The notes beneath the pieces are model-generated. The model was not told the DNA's origin. It did no database searches and worked only from the letters and a program-made list of their open reading frames with translations. Shown one piece after another: positions 11,381 through 24,544 of a DNA stretch of 64,000 nucleotides. Made by a program: the position numbers and the translations under genes. Origin of the DNA: Mobula hypostoma (Eukaryota); contig NC_086097.1 of assembly GCF_963921235.1 (NCBI RefSeq), forward strand, positions 35,900,001 through 35,964,000, given 5' to 3'. Each line of letters opens with the position of its first letter. Position 1 is the stretch's first letter.

Positions 11381-12778
11381 CCAGGACACCTTCTCTAAGA
11401 TGACAGACCCAAAACTGCTCACAATACTCAAGGTGAGGCCTCAGCACTGCCTTATAAAGGCTCAGCATCACATCCTTGCTCTTGTGTTCTAGACCTCTTT
11501 AAATGAATGCTAACATGGCATTTGCCTTCCTCACCACCGACTCAACCTGCAAGTTACCCTTCGGGTGTTCTGCACAAGGACTCCCAAGTCCCTCTGCATC
11601 TCAGATTCCTGGATTTTCTCCCCATTTAGAAAATAGTCCATGCATTTATTTCTACTACCAAAGTGCATGACCATGCATCTTCCAACATTGTATTTTATTT
11701 GCTACTTTCTTGCCCATTCTCCTAATCTGTCTAAGTCCGTCTGCATCCTACCTGTTTCCTCAACGCTACCTGCCCCTCCATCAAGCTTCATATCATCTGC
11801 AAACCTGGCAACCAAGCCATCTATTCCATCATCTAAATCATTGATATACAGCATAAAAAGAAGTGGTCCTAACACTGACCCCTGCGGAACACCACTAGTC
11901 ACTGGCAGCCACCTAGAAAAGAATAATTTTATTCCCACTCACTGCATCCTACCAATCAGCTATTCTTCTAACCAAATTAGTAACTTTCCTGTAATACCAT
12001 GGGCTCTTAACTTTGTAAGCAGCCTCATGTGTGGTAGCTTGTCAAAGGCCTTCTGAAAGTCCATATATACAACATCCATTGCATCCCCTTTATCTACCCT
12101 ACTTGTAGTCTCCTCAACGAATCCCAACAGGTTCATCAGGCAGGATTTTCCCTGAAGGAAACCATGCTGACTTTGTACTATCTTGTCCTGTGTCACCAAG
12201 GACTCCATCACCTCACCCTTAACAATTGACTCTAACATCTTCCCAACCACTGAGGTCACATCTATAATTTCACTTCTGCTGCCTTCCTCCTTTCTTAAAG
12301 ATTGGAATAACATTTGCAGATTTCCAGTCCTCTGGCACCATGCCAGAGTCCAATGATTTTTGAAAGATCATTTCTAATGTCACCACAGTCTCAAACGCTA
12401 CCTCTTTCAGAACCCTAAGATGCAGTTCCTCTGGTCTGGGTGACTTATGTACTTTTAGGTCTTTCAGCTTTTTGAGCACCTCCTCTCTTATAACAGTAAC
12501 TGCACCCACTTCTCTTCCTTCACACACTGCAATATCAGGCATACGGCTAGTGTCGATTGTGCACTTAATTCTATATGTATTACTACACAAATTATATATA
12601 CTTCTGTCATTTTCAGAAACTTTGCTTCAGAATTCTTGCAGGCAGATGGACTTCTAAGTTCAAATGACTGGCAGCATATAAATAGCATGACTTAGATTAC
12701 TATTTCGGTTTCTAGAATTTGAAAGTTAGAATGGAGAACTGCATCATTTCCTTTAAAAACAGCAGCAGTACAATACCA

Positions 12779-13680
12779 CAAGTTGCCTACCCCTTATATG
12801 AAATGCTTGAGGCCGGAAGAGTTTTGGATTTTTTCAGATTTGGGAATATATAATAAAATAGCTTAAGATCACGATCATTTGATTCTGAATTTATGTACGA
12901 CCAGTAAGCAGTCTTTGTTTTACACTTGTACATCACACATATGTAGTTAACAGTAAAAATTATTACACACCATTAATATAATGAAAATATAATGTATACA
13001 GGGTAACAAAAGCATCGGGAGAATACCTGAATCAGCTGTTGAACAACTAACAACGGCAGGCTTTCAGTCCCCACCTGCAATGCTATGTTTTGATTAAAAG
13101 ATTACATTACACTGTATTTGTAGTTTACTGTTTTTAGGTTTTATGTAAGGTATAAACACAATCAGCATTATAGACTTTTCTGGTGTTCGTGTTTTTATGA
13201 GCAATGCTTTAAAAATTTAATGTGGTTGTGTAAGGTATATAAACAATCAGCATCGTAGACTTGTTCTCGAGCTATATTTGTGTGGTTCGGCAGACACATT
13301 AAAAATTTAATGTCATGCCTTTTCCTAAATTTTTGCAACCAGCGTGCCTAATATTCACAATTATCTTTAATTTTTAGTTTGTTGTGATTGATCTCTGCTT
13401 GTTTCATGATCAGCATACTGTTAAATGACACATGTCCATTCCAATGCTGACAATACACAATTGAGATCTTCAATTTTCACTTTATGCAATACTTTTCTGT
13501 TTTTCATTAACTTCTGTTCATTGCTTATGCGAGGTCACTTCTCAAAACTATCTATCACCTGGGAATCTTCCCAGCATCTCGTGAAATCTTCCATTTGTGA
13601 CGTCATGTCAGCGTTCAAAATAAATTCGGATTTCAGAGACTTCCAGGTTTTGGAATTTCAGATAAGAGGTATTAAATCTG
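12779..13680 (-). mobile_element. Tigger/pogo (Tigger4-like) DNA transposon, internally deleted
   Basis: Imperfect TIRs CAAGTTGCCTACCCCTTAT.. / ..ATAAGAGGTATTAAATCTG followed by TA. The minus strand at ~13290-13470 reads LHKVKIEDL..MLIMKQAE..IKDNCEY*ARWLQKFRKRHDIKFL (CENP-B-type HTH). Confidence 0.8.
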
Positions 13681-13694
13681 TATATAGAAAAGAT

Positions 13695-14012
13695 TAGCTT
13701 TATTTGTTAAATGTACATTGGAACATCGAAGCATACGGTGAAGTATGTTGTTTTTGCATCAAAACAAAATTGCGCTGGGTATCCTGCAAGTTTTGCTACA
13801 CTTCTGGCATCAACATAGCATACCTACAACTCACCAATCTTAACCAAATATCTTTGGACTGTGTTAGGAAACTGAAGCATCCTGAGTAATCCAATTTGGT
13901 CATGGGGAGAATGTACAAACTCCTTACCAGCAACAGCAGGAATTGAATCTCGAACAGTGATTCCTGGTGCTGTAAAGTGATGCGCCAACCACAATGCTAC
14001 AGTGCCACCCCG
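13695..14012 (-). mobile_element. V-SINE (HE1-like)
   Basis: tRNA-like head GGGTGGCACTGTAGCATTGTGGTT..GATTCAATTCC, then V-domain-like GTAAGGAGTTTGTACATTCTCCCCATGACC..CAGTTTCC..CCAAAGA. Confidence 0.7.
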
Positions 14013-14729
14013 ACTTGCTGATTTGATTTGACACCAAGACAATACATTTCACAAGGTACAAATGACAACAAAAGCTAATCTTTATATCGAACTTCATTTC
14101 AAAAGATTCTGAGCTATCTAACAGTAGCTGAAGTATTGAAATATCAGCAGAAGAAAACATTCACTTCGGCACAAACCTGCATTTTCAACACAAATATACT
14201 TAAGCATTTAAGAATGATCTAATGCAGAATACTGGATCTATAAATCACTGACTGAGATGTTTTATTTAATAAGAAGTAGGGTCAAAGAAAGCTGAAGAAG
14301 ATATTTCCAAAGAGCAAAGCCAAAGCAGATGAAAGCTCTGCAAGGGAAGGGCATTTATTCAATAAAGCACGAACACTTCTTGATTTCCTGAGCTTAGAAC
14401 TTTCCCTCTATTGCCTTTGTCCCACTTTTTTAAACCAGGCTACTGTCCTCCTTTTTCACTTTCCTACTTTTGTTAAAAATATTAGCATCCTGGAATATTT
14501 AATCTCAAACTGGTTTGCTTTGCAACTATACCTCTATAAAGTTTTCAGAAATGTAACCTTTTACTTTGCGCTATTAAATCACCTATCATGTTTTGAATGC
14601 TACATCTTCAATATTTTTTCATTTTACTACTTTTCCCTGGTGAGATCCTAACTAAAAGCATACTCATAACGTTGTACATCATAGTTATATTGAGTGAAAA
14701 TAAGCCTATTAGCCCAAGTCATACATACC

Positions 14730-15935
14730 AAGAAGTAAATTTATTATCAATGTACATATATACCTCCATATACTACCCTGGGATTTACTTTCTTGTGGAT
14801 ATTCACTGTAAATACAAAAAAACACAATAGAATTAATGAAAAGCTACACACAAGACAGACAAACAGCCAAATGACAACAAACTGTGCAAATGCAAAAAGA
14901 AAACAATAAACAAAATTATAATTGTAAGGGGTTTCTTCTTTTATGTTACTGCGTAGGCTAATTAAAATGGCTTCTTTGTTATGTGATAATTAAAATGGCT
15001 TCTTTGTTATGTTATAATTAAAATGGCTTCTTTGTTATGTTAACTGCTGAGAAAGTTCTCTCGCTAGCAGCTTGTTTGGGTTATAATACTGATAAGAGAG
15101 CGAACGAACCAATTGTGATAGATGTTATTCTTTCTAGTGTGTCTGTAAGCTATTGTGATGCGTGGGTTTTGGGGAGAAGGCGCTATGGAGACAGAGAGAG
15201 CAGACAAGATGCTGTGAGCTGGCTGACGGGGCGGACCCGAGCCGGAGTCCGAGGTCCAGGGTCTTCAGCGAGGAGAGGAGATGAAGACAGACTCACGTGC
15301 AGCCTCTGGACGACCACCACGGTTGGTCCCAGGCAGCAGGTCGAGGTTGTCAGAGGGGATCGAATGGTGAAGAGAGGATCGTTACTAGAGCTCCAACTGT
15401 TTGTGCACGAAGAGATTGAACTTTGATAAGTTTGGCACCTTTTATTTTCCCTTTATATTTTATCTCTATTAATTATAGAGTTCCAGTAATATCTATAAAT
15501 TGTAATCAATTAATCATATATGGTGTCTTGTCTGTTATTTGGCGGGGTGGGGTACATCATACAGCATCCACACAAACTTAACTACCCAGTTTGGCAGGGC
15601 CGAGGGCTGCTTCCCCGAGACAGCGAGTTCAGCAAGTCTGAGGCTTACCGGGGGTCTAAATAATAATAAATAAGTAAGCAATAAACACTATATCGAGAAC
15701 ATGAGTTGTAGAGTGCTTGAAAGTGAGTCATTAGGTTGTGGAAACAGTTCAGAGAGAGGGCAAAGTGAAGTTGAGTGAAGTTATCCTCTCTGGTTCAAGA
15801 GCCTGATGGTTTAGGGGTATTAACTGTTCCTGAATCTGGTTCTGTGGGTCCTGAGGCTCTTGTACCACCTTGTTAATGGCAGCAAAAAGAAGACAGCATG
15901 GCCTGGAAAGTGGGAGTCTTTAATGATGTATGCTT
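14730..15935 (-). mobile_element. Rex1/Babar-like LINE 3' end, split by a solo LTR
   Basis: TTCAAGAGCCTGATGG..TGTTCCTGAATCTGG..CTGAGGCTCTTGTACC, shared with 24945-25405 and with the 3' ends of the Rex-type ORFs in this window. Confidence 0.65.
14923..15660 (+). mobile_element. Solo LTR related to the LTRs of the 26061-30148 element
   Basis: TGTAAGGGG..ATGTTACTGCG..GGCTAATTAAAATGGC matches the reverse complement of ~30098-30148. 4-bp TSD TAAT (14919-14922, 15661-15664). Confidence 0.85.
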
Positions 15936-15944
15936 CTAATCTAA

Positions 15945-16270
15945 GCTAGTCTGCATTTCATCCATATACTTCAAAACCTTTTCTAACCATCTGCCTGTAT
16001 AAATGTGTTTTAAACATAAGTGTGCCCACCTCTACCATCTTGTCTGGCAGTTCATTTCATATACACACCACCCTCTGTGTGAAAAGGTTGTCTCTCAATT
16101 CCCCTTTAAATCTTGTTCCTCTCACTTTAAAGCTATCACTCTGGTATAAATCCCCCCCCCAAAAAAAAACCTCAGGAATAAGGCTGTGGCTTTTCACCTT
16201 CTCTACGGCCTTCATGGTTTTATATATTGCTATATGGTTACCCCACAGACTCATCCACTCTGGGAGAATA
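15945..16270 (-). mobile_element. CR1 3' fragment
   Basis: FKVRGTRFKGELRDNLFTQRVV. Confidence 0.75.
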
Positions 16271-17164
16271 AAAGACCCTCTCTATCCAGGAAGTCATCCA
16301 TGCTAACCAGGATTGGCCCATTTGTATTCATGCACCAGCCAAATGTCTTTTAATCACTGCACCCAGCTCTAAAGTTTTCTCTCAGCTAATCTTTGAGACA
16401 CAATTTAATCTCTTTGGCCATATTGATCCTCTGCCAATTTACTTGTTACTCATGTAGCAATCCCGAGATTCTTATGTTTGTGGTTCTGCTTTGTCAGGAC
16501 CCAAGTTACTCAGACCCCTTCAGCACAGCATCCTTGTTAATCCTATTTACATCATTATTTAATCATTAGTCCTATTTACATCATTAGTTCCCACGTTGCC
16601 CTCAAAAACTAGTTATATCCACTCCTACTCCATAATCCTCTCCAGCCCCAAGTATATATTCCTAACACTGGCACTGCAAGGTAACAAAGCCTTGCTATAC
16701 TGTCTCCTGCCTCTGGTCAGTTTCTTCTCATTCCACCAACTTAAACAGGTCCCTCTACATCAGTGATGTGATCAGTTTGCTCATCTATGATACAACTCTG
16801 CTCTCGTCCAAAACTCTGGTTCCTATTGAACAACAGTAAGGATGAGGTTCCTCAAACTCTTACTTCCAGATCCCCACATGCACCTCACTTGTAGTCATAC
16901 CCTCCTGCCCCTTTTGACTCACTCCTGAAAACATGTATCCCAGTAACTTTCTCTCTCGCTGATATACCTCAGCATTTAAACCTCAAACTCCAACTTGTCA
17001 ACTCCAAGTTCAAGATGCAGACACTTAATGTCGGTGTGATCAGTGCACGTCACAAGGGTTTCCACACACTGTAATATAGCTATAATATATTACCAGCTAT
17101 TCCATTCTATCTTAATTTAGGCTCATTATTTAATTCACAGAATTCTTTAAGCATATAGCCACAG

Positions 17165-17620
17165 CTTGTTTGCAGGGTTGTTTGCTGAGCTTGAAGGTTA
17201 TGTCGCAAACGTATTGTCACCAGTCAAGGTGACACCATCAGTGCACAATTGAGCGTTGCTACTCCCAAGTGCCTGCATTGACATTAGTCCGACTCGTTGC
17301 TCTGATTGGTTAGCTGTTGCACTGGCCGCTCATCTCTGCTGGGTCCCGACCAATCAGATAGCTGAGTGATCTCCGTTGGCCCTTATCCCCGGTTGTTGGT
17401 CATTGTAAGCATTATACCTTGGGCGTCCACAACTCACCCCTCGGCCCTAAACCCGCAGACACATAGGTTCGTAAATTGCATCCAGTTCAATATGCCATTG
17501 AGAACCAAGCTTTGAAGAATTCCCTTGATTTCTTGTTTGGTGCTTCCACCTGGATTTTTGTAGTTTCACAGATGAAATTATGGCCTTCCTGGTCTTCATG
17601 TACTGAGATATGTGAAAGAG
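17165..17620 (-). mobile_element. Second Penelope-like family (Poseidon-like) 3' end
   Basis: Minus strand SHISVHEDQEGHNF..TKIQVEAPNKKSREFFKAWFS..IELDAIYEPM (GIY-YIG C-terminus), followed by a hammerhead-like motif at 17206-17241. Confidence 0.7.
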
Positions 17621-18359
17621 CTACTGCATTGTCCTGACCCTTTACTCTAGTCTATGCACACAGTGAACTGTCAGCTGAGTAGACTCTAACTGCTGTGCCA
17701 CAGCACAGCGCACTGTGTTTCAGCCTGAACATGGCCCTAACAATACGTTTTAAGCTAAAATCTCCCAATAATCTCAAAGTATTTTTAAATCCACTTTACA
17801 GTCAAATATTATAACCAAGTGAGAAACAAAAGGAAAGCTGAAGTGGGAGAATTCCACACATCTAATCAAGCTGAACTATTCCTTAGACAATTTTTCTTTT
17901 ACCTAACTCACACCTCTGATGTAATTAATATATTGCAAATGCTGCAAATCTGAAGTAAATGTAGTCTGAAAACATTTGAGTGGATTGGACTGCATTTCAG
18001 AAGAATAGAAAATTAAACCACAGGAAACATTTTGGCAGAATGTGCATAAAAACAGGCACTAGTTACATAAGTTGTGCTTCTCAGCAGCTCTCAGTCCTCA
18101 GCCTTGAAGGTTACAGATCTTCAAGTGCCCATCCAAGAGCACTTTAATTGAGACACAAGAGACTGTAGATTCTGCAATTTGAAATAACAAGCAAACTGCT
18201 TGAGGAACTCAATGGGTCAAGCCTCGGCCGTGTGGGGAAAGGGATTGTTGACATTTCAGGTCAACATCAACAATTCCTTCCTCTGAAAGTTGCTGCTCAA
18301 CCGCTGAGTTTCATCAGCAGATATTTGGTTGTAGTTTTTAGTTTTCTTGAAGCTTTCTT

Positions 18360-18745
18360 GAAGGTTGAGGGGGGACTTGATAGAGGTGTTTAAAATTATG
18401 AGGGGATAGATAGAGTTGACGTGGGTAGGCTTTTTCCATTGAGAATGGGGGAGATTCAAACAAGAGGACATGAGTTGAGAGTTAAAGGGCAAAAGTTTAG
18501 GGGTCATATGAGGGGGAACTTCTTTACTCAGAGAGTGGTAGCTGTGTGGATCGAGCTTCCAGCAGAAGTGGTTGAGGCAGGTTCGACGTTGTCGTTTAAA
18601 GTTAAATTGGATAGATATATGGACAGGAATGGAATGGAGGGTTATGGGCTGAGTGCAGGTCGGTGGGACTAGGTGAGAGTAAGAGTTCGGCACGGACTAG
18701 AAGGACCGAGGTGGCCTGTCTCCGTGCTGTAATTGCTATATGGTT
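18360..18745 (+). mobile_element. CR1 3' end (well preserved)
   Basis: RLRGDLIEVFKIMRGIDRVD..TRGHELRV..FFTQRVV and a TATGGTTATATG tail. Confidence 0.9.
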
Positions 18746-18749
18746 ATAT

Positions 18750-20115
18750 GTTATATAAGTGTGAGGTGGTTCATTTTGGTAGGTCAAATATAATGGCAGA
18801 ATATAGTATTAATGGTAAGACTCTTGGCAGTGTGGAGGATCAGAGGGATCTTGGGGTCCGAGTCCATAGAACACTCAAAGCTGCTGCGCAGGTTGACTCT
18901 GTAGTTAAGAATGCAAACAGTGTATTGGCCTTCATCAATCATGATATTGAGTTTAGGAGTTTATGAATTGACAATAAACTGGACTGGTCAAAGAACACTG
19001 AGGCTGTCTACAAGAAGGGTCAGAGCCGTCTCTATTTCCTGAGGAGACTGAGGTCCTTTAACATCTGCCAGACGATGCTGGGGATGTTCTATGAGTCTGT
19101 GGTGGCCAGTGCTATCATGTTTGCTGTTGTGTGCTGGGGCAGCAGGCTGAGGGTAGCAGACACCAACAGAATCAACAAACTCATTCCTAAGGCCAGTGAT
19201 GTTGTGGGGATGGAACTGGACTCTCTGACGGTGGTGTCTGAAAAGAGGATGCTGTCTAAGTTGCATGCCATCTTGGACAATGTCTCCCATCCACTACATA
19301 ATGTACTGGGTGGGCACAGGAGTACATTCAGCCAGAGACTCATCCCACCAAGATGCAACACAGAGCGTCATAGGAAGTCATTCCTGCCTGTGGCCATCAA
19401 ACTTTACAACTCCTCCCTTGGAGGGTCAGACACCCTGAGCCAATAGGCTGGTCCTGGACTTATTTCATAATTTGATGGCATAACTTACATATTACTATTT
19501 AACTATTTATGGTTCTATTACTATTTATGGTGCAACTGTAACGAAAACCAGTTTCCCCCAGGATCAATAAAGTATGACTATGACTATGACTACTATAGGA
19601 GCTGAGAAGTAATGTTGCCGCAATATAGGATCCTGTTCTGACCCCACTTGGAGTTCTGTGCTCAGTTCTGGTCTCCTCACTATAGCAAGGATGTGGAAAC
19701 TATAGAAAGGGTGCAGAGGAGATTTACAAGGATGTTGCCTGGATTGGGGAGCATGCCTTATGAGAATAGATTGAGTGAACTCTGCCTTTTTTCCTTGGAG
19801 CGACGGAGGATGAGAGGTGACCTGATAGAGGTGTACAAGATGATGAGAGGCATTGATTGCCTGGAGGGCACAGTTTTAAAGTGCTTAGAAGTAGGTACAG
19901 AGGAGATGTCAGGGGTAAGTTTTTCTATGCAGAGAGTGGTGAGTGCATGGAATGGGCTGCCAGCGACGGTGGTGGAGGCGGATACAATAGGGTACATGGA
20001 GCTCAGAAAAATAGAGGGCTATGGGTAACCCTAGGTAATTTCTAAGATAAGGTCATGTTCGGTACAGCTTTGTGGGCCTGTATTGTACTGTAGGTTTTCT
20101 ATGTTTCTGTGTTTC
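18750..20115 (+). mobile_element. CR1 3' portion, split by a Rex1/Babar insertion
   Basis: KCEVVHFGR..QRDLGVRVHRTLK | PHLEFCAQFWSPH..RRMRGDLIEVYK. Confidence 0.85.
18962..19595 (+). mobile_element. Rex1/Babar LINE 3' end
   Basis: DNKLDWSKNTEAVYKKGQSRLYFLRRLRSF..FYESVVASAI..SFLPVAIKLYN; AATAAA plus (TATGAC)n tail; flanking TAGGAG repeats (18954-18959, 19596-19601). Confidence 0.88.
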
Positions 20116-20597
20116 TTTCTGTTTGTACTAGAAATTCTCAATATATTCAGGCCTTGAGTTCCAGCTCTGTACTGCTCTTGGAGTTGGACTCGTTCACTTC
20201 AATGACAATCTCTGGCTGAGAGAGTACGGCAAGCTTATTTTACCTTTTTTTGCTTATTTATAAATGAATTAAAGGTTTTAATAAACTTTATTTTTAATCA
20301 TTTAATTATATACAGCAATTTTATTTTTTTAATTATTCTGAATATCAGTGATGTTTACAACTATAGTAACTGTCTTCCGGCACTTTCAGGAAGAAAAGCT
20401 GCAGCTCCTGAGTGCTTGCTGTACTCTGCAGTCATGTGCTAATTCATCATTCTTGTGCATCCTCACCAAGCTTGGTTACTGGCCTAGAATCTCTTATCAC
20501 CCATAGCCTCACCCTACACTGTTTCTGTGATTGCTTTCAGTTTCAAAACCATCCCAAATTATCATGCAAGTTTGATTCTCACTCTCGCACAGTCTTG

Positions 20598-20735
20598 ACA
20601 GCACAGTAGTGTAAAGGTTAGTGCAATCACATTACAGTGTCAAAGGTCAGAGATTGGGGTTCAATTCCCATCACTGCCTGTAAGGAGTTTATATCCTCTC
20701 CCCGTGACCACATCGATTTCCTCCAGTTTCCTCTC
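20598..20735 (+). mobile_element. V-SINE 5' fragment
   Basis: GCACAGTAGTGTAAAGGTTAG..GGGTTCAATTCCC..GTAAGGAGTTTATATCCTCTCCCCGTGACC. Confidence 0.7.
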
Positions 20736-20738
20736 ATT

Positions 20739-20870
20739 TGTCTTGATGAAGGGTCTCGGCCCAAAACGCCGACTATGCTCTTTTCCATAGATGCTGTCTG
20801 GCCTGCTGAGTTCCTCCAGTATTTTGGGTGTGTTGCTTGGATTTCCAGCATCTGCAGATTTTCTCTTGTT
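20739..20870 (+). mobile_element. Penelope-like terminal fragment
   Basis: TTGATGAAGGGTCTCGGCCCAAAACG..GATGCTGTCTGGCCTGCTGAGTTCCTCCAG..CAGCATCTGCAG. Confidence 0.8.
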
Positions 20871-22024
20871 TGTACTTAGTGTTCCAGTTGCGGGGAATGG
20901 TTCCGCTGTCCTGGAGGTTGATCAGCCCTGTGGCTTCCATTTTCATCACATGACTTCATACGTCTTCCAGGTGAAGATCCTGCCTCTCCCAGGGATGAGG
21001 TCTTTGGAGCTTCTGTTGGCGTCTCTGTAGCACAGGGTTTTTATTGGAATGGGGTTACTGTTCCAATGCCCAACCCTTGTCCTTCTGCAGACAGGCTTTG
21101 GACCAGCCAGTTTTCCATTGTTGCCAGTTAAAGTGATTAGAACCTAGTATAAAGCATCATACTTTAGCTTTGGTTTGAAGGTGTCAATGAACATGAAAAA
21201 AGTACTGGGTTTCAGGCATTCACTGATGAGGAAGCCAACAGTGACCGTTATTTAATTTTCAATATACAATCTATTCTAATATAGTTTAAGTGTTTTCATT
21301 TCTCTAAGTGCAATTTATTTCACCGTTAAAGTTTCCATTTAATCCAGATCACCAGTAGTGCTTCAATATTCAAACACCTTTCTAATATATGAAAGATGAA
21401 CTTAAGACCACATTTCTTTGCTTCAGTAGCACGTATAAAAGAAGCAGTCAGACCCTATTACTAGCCGTTAACCTTCCCATTCAACGATTAGCAGTTATTG
21501 TTGGCCTGAGGTAACATAACACTATTGTTTGCATGTAGTTCAATTTCTAGCATGGTTACTCATCCATAGCCATTTCCAGTACAGTGTTAAATCCCACTGA
21601 CTATGACATTTGCATTGAAATCTCTGAGTCTGAGTAGCTTTACGCTCCAGTCCCATTATTTCACCTCAATGGCATAAGTATAAAATGTACCTAATTACAA
21701 TTAGGTAGAGCTTAGAGACTGGTCATATTTCTTAAGCAACAAGAAGAAACTGACTCTAGTGTCATGTGAACAATATCTTATTATGTTACAGGGATTGTCA
21801 ACTGTGTCCTATATTTTAGTTCAGTCTTTCATTTCAGATATGAAAACTGATGCTTGGAGGCTGAAGAAAGATTTACCACAAGTGATGGATTGCACTTATT
21901 TAAACTTCTGTGTGATTAGTCAAGTATTTTGTGAATGCTGCTTGCCCCTAAATCTCTTTTGAAGTTTCTTTCATAAACTGTTCAAAGTCATACCCAAAAA
22001 TGTCTATTTAGAACAAGAACAAAT

Positions 22025-24500
22025 ACATAGAACTTAGAATATAGAATAGTACAGCACAGTACGGGCCCTTCGGCCCACAATGTTGTGCCGACCTTCAAAC
22101 CCTGCCTCCCATATAAGCCCCCACCATAAATTCCTCCATATACCTGTCTAGTAGTCTCTTAAACTTCACTAGTGTATCTGCCTCCACCACTGACTCAGGC
22201 AGTGCATTCCACGCACCAACCACTCTCTGAGTAAAAAACCTTCCTCTAATATCCCCCTTGAACTTCCCACCCCTTACCTTAAAGCCATGTCCTCTTGTAT
22301 TGAGCAGTGGTGCCCTGGGGAAGAAGCACTGGCTATCCACTCTATCTATTCCTCTTATTATCTTGTACACCTCTATCATGTCTCCTCTCATCCTCCTTCT
22401 CTCCAAAGAGTAAAGCTCTAGCTCCCTTAATCTCTGATCATAATCCATACTCTCTAAACCAGGCAGCATCCTGGTAAATCTCCTCTGTACCCTTTCCAAT
22501 GCTTCCACATCCTTCCTATAGTGAGGTGACCAGAACTGGACACAGTACTCCAAGTGTGGCCTAACCAGAGTTTTATACAGCTGCATCATTACATCGTGAC
22601 TCTTAAACTCTATCCCTCGATTTATGAAAGCTAACACCCCATAAGCTTTCTTAACTACCCTATCCACCTGTAAGGCAACTTTCAGGGATCTGTGGACATG
22701 TACCCCCAGACCCCTCTGCTCCTCCACACTACCAAGTATCCTGCCATTTACTTTGTACTCTGCCTTGGAGTTTGTCCTTCCAAAGTGTACCACCTCACAC
22801 TTCTCCGGGTTGAACTCCATCTGCCACTTCTCAGTCCACTTCTGCATCCTATCAATGTCTCTCTGCAATCTTTGACAATCCTCTACACTATCTACAACAC
22901 CACCAACCTTTGTGTCATCTGCAAATTTGCCAACCCACCCTTCTACCCCCTATCCAGGTTGTTGATAAAAATCACGAAAAGTAGAGGTCCCAGAACAGAT
23001 CCTTGTGGGACACCACTAGTCACAATCCTCCAATCTGAATGTACTCCCTCCACCACAACCCTCTGCCTTCTGCGCAGACAAGTCAATTCTGAATCCACCT
23101 GGCCAAACTTCCCTGGATCCCATGCCTTCTAACTTTCTGAATCAGCCTACCATGTGGAACCTTGTCAAATGCCTTACTAAAATCCATATAGATCACATCC
23201 ACTGCACTACGCTCATCTATATGCCTGGTCACCTCCTCAAAGAACTCTATCAGGCTTGTTAGACACGATCTGCCCTTCACAAAGCCATGCTGTGTCCCTG
23301 ATCAGACCATGATTCTCTAAATGCCCAGAGATCCTATCTCTAAGAATCTTTTCCAACAGCTTTCCCACCACAGATGTAAGGCTCACTGGTCTATAATTAC
23401 CCGGACTATCCCTACTACCTTTTTTGAACAAAGGGCCAACATTTGCCTCCCTCCAATCCTCCAGTACCATTCCCGTGGACAACGAGGACATAAAGATCCT
23501 AGCCAGAGGCTCAGCAATCGCTTCCCTCGCCTCATGGAGCAGCCTGGGGAATATTCCATCAGGCCCCGGGGAGTTATCCGTCCTAATGTATTTTAACAAC
23601 TCCAACACCTCCTCTCCCTTAATATCAACATGCTCCAGAACATCAACCTCACTCACATTGTCCTCACCATCATCAAGTTCCCTCTCATTGGTGAATACCG
23701 AAGAGAAGTATTCATTGAGGACCTCGCTCACTTCCACAGCCTTCAGGCACATCTTCCCACCTTTATCTCTAATCGGTCCTACCTTCACTCCTGTCATCCT
23801 TTTTTCCTTCACATAATTGAAGAATGCCTTGGGGTTTTCCTTTACCCTACTCGCCAAGGCTTTCTCACGCCCCCTTCTTGCTTTTCTCAGCCCCTTCTTA
23901 AGCTCCTTTCTTGCTTCCCTATATTCCTCAATAGACCCATCTAATCCTTGCTTCCTCATGTATGCTGCCTTCTTTCACTTGACTAGATTTTCCACCTCAC
24001 TTGTCACCCAAGGGTCCTTCACCCTACCATTCTTTATCTTCCTCACTGGAACAAATTTATCCCTAACATTCTGCAAGAGATCTCTAAACATCAACCACAT
24101 GTCCATAGTACATTTCCCTGCAAAGACATCATCCCAATTCACACCCGCAAGTTCTAGCCTTATAGCCTCAGAATTTGCCCTTCCCCAATTAAAAATGTTC
24201 CTGTCCTCTCTGATTCTATCCTTTTCCATGATAATGCTAAAAGCCAGGGAGTGGTGGTCACTGTCCCCTAGATGCTTACCCACTGAGAGATCTGTGACCT
24301 GACCCGGTTCATTACCTAGTACTAGTTCTAGTATGGCATTCCCCCTAGTCGGCCTGTCCACATACTGTGACAGGAATCCGTCCTGGACACACTTAACAAA
24401 CTCTGCCCCATCTAAACCCTTGGAACTAATCAGGTGCCAATCAATATTAGAGAAGGTAAAGTCACCCATGATAACAACCCTGTTATTTTTGCACCTTTGA
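22025..24500 (-). mobile_element. Relatively young 5'-truncated CR1 LINE (ORF2 APE end, RT, C-terminus)
   Basis: Long ORFs with IMGDF, LGDSDH, YRPVSLTSVVGK, DFSKAFDKVPH and RPHLEYCVQFWSP; few frameshifts. Confidence 0.95.
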
Positions 24501-24544
24501 CTACTTTGAATGTGTCCAAAAAAGATGTCAGTAGACTTTACCAC

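Larger units (their letters stand above)
9085..12530 (-). mobile_element. CR1 LINE 3' half, split by a SINE
   Basis: [40 protein letters not shown] and RPHLEYC; CR1-type tail at ~9085-9105. Confidence 0.9.

Noticed and set aside
9450..11403. Five long ORFs (271-621 aa) of ER/GE or LS/PS repeats
   Set aside because: Artefacts of the stop-free GA/CT tract.
21838..21923. Candidate exon MKTDAWRLKKDLPQ after a TTTCATTTCAG acceptor
   Set aside because: Weak donor, no recognisable homology, and not frame-compatible with the candidate at 8808-8934.
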